This document shows positions 13,556 through 26,865 of a stretch of 64,000 nt of DNA, in pieces. The stretch comes from Octopus sinensis. Lineage: Eukaryota. Positions within the stretch are counted from its first letter, which is position 1, and every line of letters begins with the position of its first letter. The translations under genes were made by a program, and so were the position numbers. The DNA lies in assembly GCF_006345805.1 (NCBI RefSeq), contig NC_043001.1:55242001-55306000 (forward strand), in the 5' to 3' direction. Below the pieces are notes generated by a model, which was not told the DNA's origin, did no database searches, and saw only the letters and a program-made list of their open reading frames with translations.

Positions 13556-13945
13556 ACATGCTGAACTTCAAGAATGCTTAGCTTGTTTTGACAGTATCTA
13601 TGACAGCTTGTAGTTATAAATCTGATCAGGTATCTCCTTTTGGTTTTGGAAATCACTGCTTCTCAAGACGGATACTGAGGTAGTAAGTCACATTGTTAGG
13701 TGCCCCATTAATCATTGATAGAAATCTTAAAGTTATATATTCTGGATGGAGTACTTGCAGATTTCTCATCATTTTGGCATAGATGTCCTTTTACACTAAT
13801 CTTGAACTTTATGTTGACATCTGCTGGGCATCTGATTTCAACCACAGTAGATAGTTTCTTTCACTATCCCAGATCATTATGTCTGGTCTGCTGTATTTGC
13901 ATTTTATCAAAGTCATGACAGGGATATCCTGCCAGTATTCTTTTA
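13556..13945 (-). mobile_element. Non-LTR retrotransposon remnant: restriction-like endonuclease domain (R4/Dong-like)
   Basis: Across frameshifts reads EYWQDIPV...RPDIMIWD...TVVEIRCPADVNIK...Y..MMRNLQVLHP, a PD-(D/E)xK-type RLE C-terminus. Confidence 0.8.
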
Positions 13946-14759
13946 ACATGTGTATGTGTATATATTTTAACATATTATTTCCTAAGGTTGGCTCTCTGAG
14001 TTGCAGGTAGTCCATCCAATGGGATTCCATACAATTTCCATTTACCTGATTTCACTCACATATCTTGCTTTGGCAGAAATGTTTGATTGCCCAAAGGATC
14101 AAACCTAGGATCTCATAAATGCAAAGCAAACATTTGGTCATGCCAATGATCTATAGGTACATATACATATGTAAACACACAAGCATTGGCAATGTTACTA
14201 TATTCCAAAACACATTTTGTAAAAAGAAACCAAGCAACCAAGTAGATGGCAAGTTAAAAAAAAAAATTCTAAAACCAATCAAGAAATCATTCTACCCTAC
14301 ACAGACTTATATTACATTCTAATCATACATACATTCATAAATGCCCAAACAGTTTTATGGACATGAATACATAGGCCTACAGTTCAAAACTATGTCTCTC
14401 CCTCCCTACATGTACACACACACATGTAAAGATTCTCTCTGAATTAAATAGCAAGAAAATCTATATTAGTTATATCTTTTTGTCATGAGAAGAAAATGTT
14501 CTTTTCATTAACAGTTGAGTGCACCAAAAAATGCATCTAAATGGACTACAAATTGCAGTTAAATAGACAGTAAATTGCATGAAAATAAATTTTTAGTAAT
14601 TTCAGTTTTTAATATCACATTTGTCACTGTTTTTCAAAATACTCATGATATTAATGTTTTGAGGCTGTTTGCCTATGGTTCACACTTAAATAGAACATAT
14701 ATAGTTTAAGAGTTTGTATATCAGGAAGCAGGATACAGCAAATTATTCTATCTGTATTC

Positions 14760-15420
14760 ACACCTCATTAATATGCCACAGTTTCCTCTGGGTTTAACGT
14801 AAAAAAATTAATAAAAAAAAAATCAACAGCACCAAGGATCCCCAAATTACTAAAGATCTCTCCTAGTGGACACATCTTCATCACAGCTAAGACAATATCT
14901 CAAAGACTAACTTTCCTCTTCATAGCCAGACAATGGTTCAGTTCCTCACCAATGACTAACACTTTTTTCAAAGCACATTTTAGACCCAACAAAGAGTACT
15001 GCCCCTATATCTTTGATCATGCTACTGTGACCACTCACATACAAATATCTTAGACTGCAATACAATACTATCCAACTGATTGGCATGAAGTTGTTCATCA
15101 ACACTTTAACTGCTTACACACAGATATGTTGTCTCCTCTATACTTTTTGCGCTGCAACTATAATTACCTCTACTCTGCAGAGAAGGTTGGTCTCAAACAA
15201 ACTTTACTCAGACTCCCTTGACTCTTTTTCCTCTTGTTACCAATACTGTGTTCAACTCTCAAACCCCCTGCTGTAACATCCAAACCATCCAAAATGCAAT
15301 TCTCTAGAATTCCTACCCTGTCTAGGCTTTTCTTGCAACTGTTAACTGGCAACAGTGTAAGTAGAATATTAGTGTATCAATCTTCCTATCTCAGAGACTC
15401 TGCAAATGCTATGGGCACAT
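14760..15420 (-). mobile_element. RTE-like LINE RT C-terminal remnant
   Basis: Heavily decayed FCYLGD/GG-like segment (ENCILDGLDVTAGG); resembles 60345-60590. Confidence 0.45.
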
Positions 15421-16284
15421 CCCCTAATTTTAGACCAAACCAGAATATACACACACGTATATACATAATAGATTATGTTTTAAAACAGAAAAGACACTGA
15501 ATAATGTGGTCATAGATAGTCAGATAGATAAAAAGTCTGTCTGTCTCTTTCTCTTCCTTAACTGTCTCCCTCCAATTCCATCTCAAAGTCATTTATTTTC
15601 TTGATTTCTTCCTTCATGTGTATGTATGAATCTATGTTAGTGTGGATAAAACGTTTGTTTCACTATCATTAAGTACTGGGTTTGATTCCAGTATCTTGGT
15701 TAAGTGTTATTTAGTATACCATCAGGTTGACCCTTGCTTTGTGAATAGATGACTATTTTGTGAGCAAGTGTCTTTTACAATAATCTTGGGCCAACCAAGG
15801 CCTTGTGAGTGGATTTGATAAATGTATTTCAATTAAAGTGTATTTTATATACATATATGTGCATGTATGTACATGTATATATGTACACACACACACACAC
15901 ACACATGTATATATATAAAATGATAGTGTTCAGTATGCTGGCCACAGGAATTTCCATCCAGGAAAGTAGTACATAATCCCTCTCTTTCTCCCATATACCC
16001 ACTCTCTCTCATTATTACTTTTAATAAAACATCATCAACTCTCCCTAAATTTCTTAGTCACTCTCTCCCGCTCTTTTTCTTTCTTTCTTTCTTTCACTCT
16101 CTGTCTGTCTGTCTTTGCCACCACCCTCACTGTCTCTATGCCAACTATTACTCTCACCCCAGCACGAGGAAGTGTCATTGAATAGTGAGTGGGGGGTCAA
16201 AGTGTGACACTGACACACAGAAATTAGTTTTCGCATTTACTATATTAGACATATAAATTTCTCTGTTTCTCTCTCTCTTTCTCA

Positions 16285-16343
<59 letters not shown>

Positions 16344-17480
16344 CATACACACACACATTTATATATATATATAAATTATTAATGTGGCTAGTTGCAATTT
16401 ACAAGCAAAAGGCACAAGTACAGTTGTCACTGAAGTGACTAAGGGTGCAAGTTAGCACCAGCACTGCTAGAAATAAGAGTCAAAATAACTCTTAGCCACA
16501 TGTGTTTGTCCCCACCAGCACTTGGCAACTAGTGTTGCTATGTTTACACCCCTGTAACTTAGCAGTTCAGCAAAACAGACCAATAGAATAAGCACCAAGC
16601 TTAACAAAAATAAGTACTGGGGTCAATTCATTCAACAAAAAATTCTTCATGGTGGTGCCCCAGCATGGCCACAGTCTAATGACTGAAACAAGTAAAAAAT
16701 AAAAGAATATCTATGGAATTTCCCTTCACGAATAACATTATAGCCTTCTTATGAATTCAATCATTGATGTTCAATTCTGAAGTTTAAGTAAGCAACTGGA
16801 TTGTAAACAGAGAGATAGTATTGAGTTTTCTCAAATTTTTTGCTGGTCATGGTAGATTCCAGTAGAATTTAACAAGACCAGCAAAAAGATTGTGGCAAAA
16901 CTGGCATGTATAAAAAATCAATAATACTCTCAAACTGCATATATAATGTTCTCATCTGCACCTAATTTTATATACACATTAATGCCAGAAAAATGGGTCC
17001 ATCTCTAGGGAGAGCATATATAAAATGTGTGTGTATTATAATATATATATACTTGACTATATTATGTTTCCATGTTGAAGCAATATACTTACACATATAT
17101 ACACACACACAAACATGAGCTAACTCCCCTGTAATTTTTTTTTTTGCTGTGGATGTGCACATAAATTTGCATGTATGTAAATTTTGTCTTTCTTTGCAAA
17201 GCATGTGCACCTCAATGTAAGTAACTACTGTTCAAACTTCTTTAAACCCCCAAAATTTGATTTCATCATGAAAAAAACATTGTGTGCACTTTTTTTTTTT
17301 TGGTGTACTTATTGTAAAGTGAGTGTATGTGTGTACACAAGTACATAGCTTAGAGGGAATACAGATCATGAGAATACTGCCAAAATTTGTATATATATTT
17401 ATATATATGTGAGTGTGTGTGTGCATGTATAGATGTGTGTATTTGTGTGCATATTTATAGATATATATATTTGTATGCAT

Positions 17481-17653
17481 AGGCACAGACATGGCTGCGC
17501 GGTTAAGAAGCTTGCTTATCAACCACATGGTTCTGGGTTCAGTCCCACTACATGGCACCTTGGGTAAGTCTTCTACTATAGCCTTGGGCCAACCAAAACC
17601 TTATGAGTGGATTTGGTAGACAGAAACTGAAAAAAGTCCATTATATATATTTA

Positions 17654-17717
<64 letters not shown>

Positions 17718-17967
17718 TATATATTATATATATATATGTGTGTGTGTGTATGTATGTATGTGTGTGTGTGTATTTCTTTGTTTCCGTGTTTGTCCCTAAC
17801 CAGCACTTGACAACTGGTGCTTGTGTGTTTACATCCATGTAACTTAGTGATTGGGTACAAGGGACTGATAGAGTAAGTACCAGGCTTTAAAAAAATCAAG
17901 TACATTCAACTAAAATTTCAAGGTGGTGCCCCAGCATGGTCACAGTCAAATGACTGAAACAAGTAAA

Positions 17968-17970
<3 letters not shown>
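17481..17970 (+). mobile_element. SINE family A (tRNA head, CORE-like ggcaccttgggcaag, internal microsatellite, tail)
   Basis: Head 17481-17640, (TG)/(TA) tract, tail ending cagcatggtcacagtcaaatgactgaaacaagtaaaaga. Confidence 0.85.
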
Positions 17971-18015
<45 letters not shown>

Positions 18016-18017
18016 AA

Positions 18018-18208
18018 ATGGCACTCTGTCAATTACGACAAGGCTAACTCTTTGAAATACAGGTACTACATGTTTTTTGCCAGCTGAGCAGACTGGAGCA
18101 ATATGAAATAAAGTGTCTTGCTCAAGCACAAAATGTACCACCAGGAAAAGAACACACACCCTTATGATTATGAGCTAAATACCTAACCACTAAGCCATGT
18201 GCCTTCAC
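18018..18208 (-). mobile_element. SINE family C, internally deleted
   Basis: aaataaagtgtcttgctcaag...ctaaccactaagccatgtgccttcac. Confidence 0.75.
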
Positions 18209-18984
18209 AATATATTATAAGCAATCATGTGCATGCATTTAGTATTGTAAAGGAACTTACATCAACAAACTGTACTCAATACAGGTGAAGAATAAAATAT
18301 AAGTATACAAATATGGTGAATGTAGAGATTAACACATTATTACTTAGCTTCATATTTGAGTAATAACATATCTGTTACAAATGACATAAGACCAACACAT
18401 TGGAAAAAAAAACACATCTGAAAGTATCAGTGCCAGTTTTTGCATTTGTGTGTGCTTTAGTCTCTGTGTGTGTGAGTTTCATATTTTCTCACTACAGCCT
18501 TATTCATTCTGTTTGGGAGCATATCTTTTATACTAAGACTATTATAAAATTGAAAAAGGAGAGAGACAGAAGATGAAGAGTAGAGGTGAGAGTAAGGTAG
18601 AAGATGATACTAAGGTACAAAACTGGTCATGGTAGTGATAGCCTTTCTACTTCCTCTTCTTTTAGTGTTTTATTGCATTTTTTATGCACTTTCCGCTATG
18701 CTTTCATTATCTTAGCTTTCCTTGCTGAGATAAACTAAGTTGCTTGTTATTGATATACATAGTACAGTGAAGTCACTGGGGATGCATTGTATCAAACGAT
18801 AAAGAAGGTAAATATATTGATTCCAGGGTTGAGTGTATTCTTTCTTCATAGCAAGCATATCTTCTGTTTAGCATTACTGCCTTCCTCCTGTCTTTATGTT
18901 GTTCTCTCTCTGCTCCCTGTTTATCTGTATCCTTCTATTTTGCTATATGTCTAAGTATGTATTTATGTAAGTGTAGGTATGTGC

Positions 18985-18993
18985 CTATATATA

Positions 18994-19037
<44 letters not shown>

Positions 19038-19038
19038 C

Positions 19039-19078
<40 letters not shown>

Positions 19079-19108
19079 TATATATATATATATATATATG
19101 TATGCGTG

Positions 19109-19140
<32 letters not shown>

Positions 19141-19250
19141 ATGTATGCGTGTATATATATATATATATAATATATAATATATATTATATATATGTATGTT
19201 ATATATATATATATATATATATGCGTATGTATATATATATATATATGTAG

Positions 19251-19283
<33 letters not shown>

Positions 19284-19415
19284 TATATATATTATATATA
19301 TATGCGTGTATATATATATATATAGATATATATATATATAGTATATATATATATATATATAATATAGATATATATATATATGTATGCGTGTATATATTAA
19401 TATTAGATATGTATG

Positions 19416-19448
<33 letters not shown>

Positions 19449-19490
19449 ATATATATATATATATTATATATATATATATATGTATGCGTG

Positions 19491-19521
<31 letters not shown>

Positions 19522-19621
19522 ATATATTATATATATATATGGTATGAGTGATATATATATAATATATATATATATATGTATGTAATATATAATATATATA
19601 TATTATATATATATGTAGCGT

Positions 19622-19654
<33 letters not shown>

Positions 19655-19695
19655 GTATGATATGTATATATATATATATATATATATATGTATGG

Positions 19696-19734
<39 letters not shown>

Positions 19735-19760
19735 CGTGTATATATATATATAATATTGTA

Positions 19761-19801
<41 letters not shown>

Positions 19802-20128
19802 CGTATAGTATAATATATATATATATATATATATGTATGAGATATATATATATATATATATATATAGATATATATGTATGCGTGTATATATATATTATAT
19901 ATATATATATATTATATATATGTATGCGTATATATATATATATATATATATATAATATGTATGTATATATATTATATAGATATATATATATATATATATA
20001 TGTATGCGTATATATATAGATATATATATATATATATATATGTATGCGTATATATATTATATATATAATATAGAATGATGTGGATATATAGATATATATA
20101 TATATATATTATATATATATGTATGCGT

Positions 20129-20161
<33 letters not shown>

Positions 20162-20227
20162 GTATGTATATATAATAAGATATATATATATATATATGTA
20201 TGTATATATATATATATATATAATATA

Positions 20228-20268
<41 letters not shown>

Positions 20269-20405
20269 ATTATATATATATATATAATAATATGTATATA
20301 TATATAATATATATATATTAGATATATATTAATATATATATATAGTAGTATTATATATATATTATAATATATATATATATATATAGTATTATATATATAT
20401 ATATG

Positions 20406-20493
<88 letters not shown>

Positions 20494-20684
20494 ATAATAT
20501 ATATATATGTATGTATTATATATATATATATATGTATGTATATATATATATATGTAGTATATATATATATATATATATGTATGTATATATATATATATAT
20601 GTAGTATTATATATATATATATTATATGTATGTATATATATATATATATATATTATATATGTATGTATATATATAATATATATG

Positions 20685-20715
<31 letters not shown>

Positions 20716-20730
20716 ATATATATATATATG

Positions 20731-20773
<43 letters not shown>

Positions 20774-20797
20774 ATATATATATATATATGTATGTAT

Positions 20798-20828
<31 letters not shown>

Positions 20829-20848
20829 TGTATTATATATATATATAG

Positions 20849-20885
<37 letters not shown>

Positions 20886-20895
20886 GATATATATA

Positions 20896-20926
<31 letters not shown>

Positions 20927-20939
20927 ATATGTATATATG

Positions 20940-20974
<35 letters not shown>

Positions 20975-21065
20975 ATATTATATTATATATAGTATATATG
21001 TATATATATTATTATATGTATATATATATATAATATATTATATATGTATATATAATATATATATA

Positions 21066-21097
<32 letters not shown>

Positions 21098-21098
21098 G

Positions 21099-21133
<35 letters not shown>

Positions 21134-21190
21134 TATATAATATATATATATGTATAATATATATATATGTATATATATATATATAATATG

Positions 21191-21229
<39 letters not shown>

Positions 21230-21245
21230 TATGTATGTATGCATG

Positions 21246-21287
<42 letters not shown>

Positions 21288-21291
21288 CATG

Positions 21292-21335
<44 letters not shown>

Positions 21336-21355
21336 TATACATATTTATATATATC
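18985..21355. repeat. ~2.4-kb interrupted (TA)n array
   Basis: (TA)n punctuated by tgtatgcgtg in the left half and tgtatg in the right half. Confidence 0.97.
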
Positions 21356-21733
21356 AGTACCTACACAAGTGTATATACATATCATCAGCATGATCATTTT
21401 AACATCCACTTTTCCATATATATACATATCTCTATGAGTGGGTGTCTATGTGTATTTGCTTGTCTCTCACCACTGCTTGACAACCTTTGTTGGTTTGTTT
21501 ACATACCCTTAACCTGTGGTCCCTCCAAAGAGCCTGATGAAATAAGTACAGAACTTAAAAAGTAAGTACAGGGGTGGATTAGTTTGATTAAGCTTGGCCA
21601 CAGTCTAATGACTGAAACAAGCAAAAGATAAAAAGAGAAGTTAACAAACTCAATAAAGGGCATGATCATTGCTTCATAATGAGCATCAAGGTGAAGCAGA
21701 CTTTTTAGCCTAGCTGATTTTTTTTCCTTTGTA

Positions 21734-22471
21734 GCTTGTACCATAACTCAGATCTCTTCCTTGTTAAATGCAATGTAGAATCATCACAACTGATGCTGTA
21801 TAAAGTGACATGTCTCTGCAGACTACCAGGAGACAGATAAAACCTGTTGCATGAGTAACACACATAGATTATTTCAAGTAGCAATGGTTAACTAGTAGGT
21901 TGCTTTGGGTCATGAAACTTGAATGGCTAACTAGACCTATCTCAGAAAGACTTAGAATTGCCAGTAGAATATTTGGAGAGATTATTAATGCCTAATTTCT
22001 TTTCTTATATCTTGTTTCATTTCTCTTCAAAATACTTGAATACTTTAAATAATTTTTTTCCATGATGCCCAGTCAATATCTTTTCTCTTTTTTTTTCATT
22101 CCATACAAATAATACTTTCTACAGGTCAGATTTAAAATAGTCTATCTTAACTTGAGTTTGTGAGATGGGTCTTTTACCAGAATATTCCCAGTAGAGTAGA
22201 TACCTTGAAGTTCTACCATTTTCCATAGAAATGATGGCTTGATGTACAGTATAATATAGTGTATGTCAAGCCACAGTCTACAAGCTTATACCATAACTCG
22301 CATCTCTTCTCAGTTAAATGCAATATAGAATCATGACAATTGGTGTTGTGTAAAGAGACATGTTTCTGCAGACTACCAACAGACAGACAAAATTTGTTAC
22401 ATGACTAACACACATATGTTCTTTCAAGTGGCAATGTTCAATTATTAGATTGCTTTGGGCCATGAAACTTG
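21734..22471 (+). repeat. Local direct duplication of ~188 bp (21734-21921 and 22284-22471)
   Basis: gcttgtaccataactc...tgcagactacca...ttgctttgggtcatgaaacttg occurs twice, 550 bp apart, about 80% identical by eye. Confidence 0.9.
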
Positions 22472-22518
22472 TACGTATAGAAATCATCTATACTTATAAT
22501 ATTTGTTCGCTCTAAGAT

Positions 22519-22720
22519 AGCAAGCTGACAGAGTCATGAGCAAGACAGACAAAATGCTTAGTGGCATTTCGTCTGTCTTTACATTATGAGTTGAAATTCC
22601 ACTGTGGTCAACTTTACCTTTCATCCCTTTGGGGGTCCATATAATAAGTACCAGTTAAGCAATGGGGTTGAAGTAATCAACTTACCCTCTTCCCCCAAAG
22701 TTGCTGTCCTTGAAACCAAT
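22519..22720 (+). mobile_element. SINE family B (short tail)
   Basis: aaaatgcttagtggcatttcgtctgtc...tttcatcccttt...taagtaccagtt. Confidence 0.75.
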
Positions 22721-22791
22721 ATTTGTTCACTCCAAAGCCTCAACATCACTTGCAAAGTCTCAACATGATACCATGAAAAATTTGTCACAGA

Positions 22792-23200
22792 TCATCATCA
22801 TCATCCTCATCATTAAACATCCAGCTTCCCTGCTGGCATGGGCTGGACAGTTTGACTGAAAACTGGTAAGCTGCACCAGGTTCCAGTCTGATTTGGCATG
22901 GTTTCTATGGCTGGATGCCCTTCCTAATGCCAACTACTCCAAGAGTATAGTGGGTGCTTTTCACATGCCATTGGTATGGCTACCAGCTACACAACACCAG
23001 CACTGGCCATGACTATGATATCACTTGGCTCGACAAGTCTTCTCAAGCATGGTACATCACTAAATGTCTCGGTCTCTTGTCACTTACTCCATGAGGTCCA
23101 ACATTCAAGGGGTGCTTTTTACATGTAACCAGCACAGGTGCCAATTACGCGACATTGGCATTGGCCATGACAACAATTTCACTTGGTTTTGACGGGTCTC
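22792..23200 (-). mobile_element. Family D retroposon
   Basis: (TCA)n followed by ggctggatgcccttcctaatgccaac; reverse complement of 7680-8075. Confidence 0.75.
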
Positions 23201-23698
23201 CTCCAGATATTTTTACTAAAAATGTCCCAACTGTTTATCATGTTTGTAATTTTCAATCCATTTGTTTACATAAAAGTGTTACTAACTAAAGACTATATAT
23301 ACTGCTCCCATACTAGCTGAAAGCACTAAAGAGGGTGTTCTGCGCCTTGGCAAGAATTAAGTCAACCCTGCAGTCATCATCTCAACACTACAGTGTCTCT
23401 GTTTGTATGCCAACCAGTTTATGAAGTGTATGAGGAATATTCTATCCTGACACTAAACACTAGTGACATTGTTTTAAGCCAGAATAGCCAAAGAGTCCCT
23501 ACTACTCTATGTTGTCTCATTTGTTACAGCAATGTAACCGAGTGAAAGAAGAGAGACAGTGATGGTAGAGAAGAGGTTATAATATATAACAAATTATATA
23601 TATATATAATTTGTAGAAAAACATAAATCTAGAGAAGCACGCTCTAAGATGTGGAGCAGTTAATGTAAACCAGCCTCCTCCATTATAATACATATATA

Positions 23699-24573
23699 CA
23701 TGGTCTGATGAATGTGTATCCAGACTGTTGTCATAGTAATAAAGCTAAAGCATGCAGAGTAAAGCTGCTTGGCACAGATTGACCTTGAACTCTGCTGTGC
23801 ATGTGCACTAAGTTTTAACACTCTAGCTCACATCTGCTGTTTACAGCAGTGATTGGAAGGAAGGTGTGTAGCGTGTGATCGTCGCATTGACCATGACAGA
23901 GAATGCTGAGCGGAGAATCTGCATCAAATTTTGCCAAAAGCTTGGCAAGACCTGCTCAGAAGCCTATGCAACATTTTCAAAAAGTCTACATCATTCTCAA
24001 CACAATCAAGGAACTCTTGTGCAACTGAAACCCGAGTGTCTTATTGGTCAGCTGGAAGCAGTTTTGGCACAAACTTGGCAGACACGTGTCTCATACCCAA
24101 ATCTTCAGTGATAATGGACTGAACTGAACTGTAACTAATCTGCACATCCTCAGATAACTCATGGATTGTAAGTTGATGATTTCCCCTCACAGCTGCAATT
24201 ACAACTGTGATGTTTTTCTTAGTTCTAGTGATTGCACGTCTCAAGGGAACGTTCATCAATATGGACATTTTTTGGCCATCTTAAAAATATCTGAACCACT
24301 TGTACACTTGTGTGCATCTCATACACCCCTCTCTATACACTTTCTCCAACTTTGCATAGACGTCTGAGCAGGTATCGTCAACACAACTTTCTCTGTCATG
24401 GTCAATGCGACAGTCACATGCTACACACCTTCCTTCCAAGTGCTGCAGTAAACAGCAGAGGTGAGCTAGAACATTAAAACTTAGTGTGCAGGTGAATCTT
24501 TGCAAAGTGACTTCCCTCTGTGCTTTAGCTTCGTTACTATGGCAACAACTTGGATACTTATTGATCAGACCTC

Positions 24574-24574
<1 letters not shown>
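23699..24574. mobile_element. Non-autonomous mariner composed of two inverted 5' ends
   Basis: Ends catggtctgatgaat / attgatcagacctca. Both arms carry the 5' UTR and start codon (MTENAERRICIKFCQKLGKTCSEAY on +). The minus arm continues through VYKWF...LTIHELSEDVQISYSSVQSIITEDLGMRHVSAKFVPKLL (WVPHEL-equivalent). Confidence 0.9.
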
Positions 24575-24618
<44 letters not shown>

Positions 24619-24646
24619 ATTATATATAATATATAAACAATAATAT

Positions 24647-24702
<56 letters not shown>

Positions 24703-24706
<4 letters not shown>

Positions 24707-24852
24707 GTGGTAAGTAGCTTGCTTACCAACCACATTGTTCTGGGTTCAGTCCCACTGTGTGGCACCTTGGGCAAGTGTCTTCTACTATGGCCTCGGGCCA
24801 ACCAAGCCTTGTGAGTGGATATGGTTGATAGAAACAGAAAGAAGCCTGTCGT
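24703..24852 (+). mobile_element. SINE family A head
   Basis: tgtgtggtaagtagcttgcttaccaaccac...ggcaccttgggcaagtgtcttctac...aagaagcctgtcg. Confidence 0.85.
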
Positions 24853-26719
24853 ATGTATATATATATATATATATATATCTACACACACACATGCACACAA
24901 TTATACAATCACATACATGTTGCATACATTCACAATCTATTATAAAATTTCAAAGAAATATTTCTATAAAGAAATGACTCTATTTATTTGGATGTAGGTA
25001 TTGCTGTTTTAGATATTTAGATATTGGTTATGAACCAATGAGAAAAAGGAAGACAGACTGCAAGATAATATAGATAAATACACAGCCAGACAGATAGATA
25101 TCTAGAGTGTGTGCAAAAGAGTGAGAAACAAATAGAGAAAATAACAGATAATGTTTTTGTTTTTCAACAAAGAAAAATATATTAACAGAATTCCTCAAAT
25201 AAAACAGGGGAAAAAAGAAATATTAGATTATTTGAAATAGTTATTTTTAATTCAACCTTCAGTTGAAAACTAGATCTATTGAAGCTAAATAAGAAAGTTT
25301 CAATGTTATCACTCAACTTGTCAGACATAGCAGCCAAATCACCACCAGACCTCACCCTACTGCCTTAGCAGAAGAAGGATATATAGGACAATATAATATC
25401 AGATATACAAAAACTGACAATAAAGTGATGAGATGGTCATGTCAAAAATGCTTATAATTATAATATACTGTACATCAAAACTGACTAAATAGATAAGTTC
25501 ATGTGTGTGCGTGTGTGACTGTAATTATGTATACTGTGCTTATGTGCTTGTATCACATCTATATATGTATTGGTGTTTGTATGCACATACACACACATGT
25601 ATGGGTGAGTGTATCAATGTATATATTTGGGTGTAAAAATGGAAGAAAAAGTGCTTGGTATATGTTTTAGTTTATATTTATTAATTCAATGAAACTGTTT
25701 GTGACTTGAACAAAGCTACAATTCGAAAAGCTCATAGCAATGGAGTGAATCTAGCTTTGAACAAATATATATATATATATATATTTGTTCAAAGCTATAC
25801 ATATAAATATATATACACACATACCAACATGGAACATGGATGTTGAATTATGAAGATGATGCACACACACACACATAAACATATATCTATAAGATAAATA
25901 GATAGATAGATAGATAGATAGATAAATATATAGAGAAATGGATAGATAGATAGATAGATAGATAGACATGGGCAAATGACTGTTCCATGATTTATGAAAA
26001 TTTCAGCAGTAACAAAAGAAAATGTAGGACAGAAAATCAATTGTCTGATACTGCTTTAAGAAGCTTATGTTCTGTGGAAAGACCTTCAGCGACCTGTTCT
26101 AAACGTAAGTGAACTGAGACCTCTAGAAATCAGATGGAAAAGCAGTTGCATGAACAACACTAAGAAAATAAACAAATAGACAAACCCACCAGGCAAAGAA
26201 TTATAAAATATATCACTCATTCCTTACTCCCTTTAATTTTCCCAAATTTCTCTTTCTATCCTGGATGTATCACTCCCCCCAACTCTGACTTCAGATCCAT
26301 ATAGATCTCTCAATTTCTCTATTTCTCCTTTCTCTTTGTATCCATTGTAAAGAAACTGCTCCAATTTGAAATAAACAGTGTGGTTCATAATAAGAATGAG
26401 AGGAGCTTTCCCCCTTGGGCTACTGAAGTGTGCTTCCACAATTTCTTAGCCAACAATGAAGTTACTGAGTAGAAGTGAAACAGTGAACAAGAGCTGAGTA
26501 ACAATGTGTGTAGATTATATGCAACAGAAGTAGTAGAACAGATGAAGATGGCCAGAGAACCAAAGAGTGCTATCAAAAGATACTTCTAAAATAGGAAGAA
26601 ATAAATGTGCTGTCACTCATGTACATAAAAACTGAAGCAATAAAAATCAGAAGAGAAACAAAATGCACAATAAAAAATATAAACATGGTGATATGCAATA
26701 TGGTTCCAAGATACCTAGC

Positions 26720-26865
26720 CTGATATAATCTGATGTTATCATGATATAAAGTTGGATTAACATGATATAAATTCAGATTACCATGTTACAATCACAGATT
26801 ATCATGATATAATCTTAGAATATAATAATATCATGAATTATCATGATGTGAATCCTGAATTATAT
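26720..26865. repeat. Degenerate ~21-bp minisatellite
   Basis: Repeated catgatataa....gattat units. Confidence 0.7.

Noticed and set aside
18957-21565. Many ORFs of [12 protein letters not shown] type here and throughout the window
   Set aside because: They are translations of (TA)n/(TG)n microsatellites, which lack stop codons.
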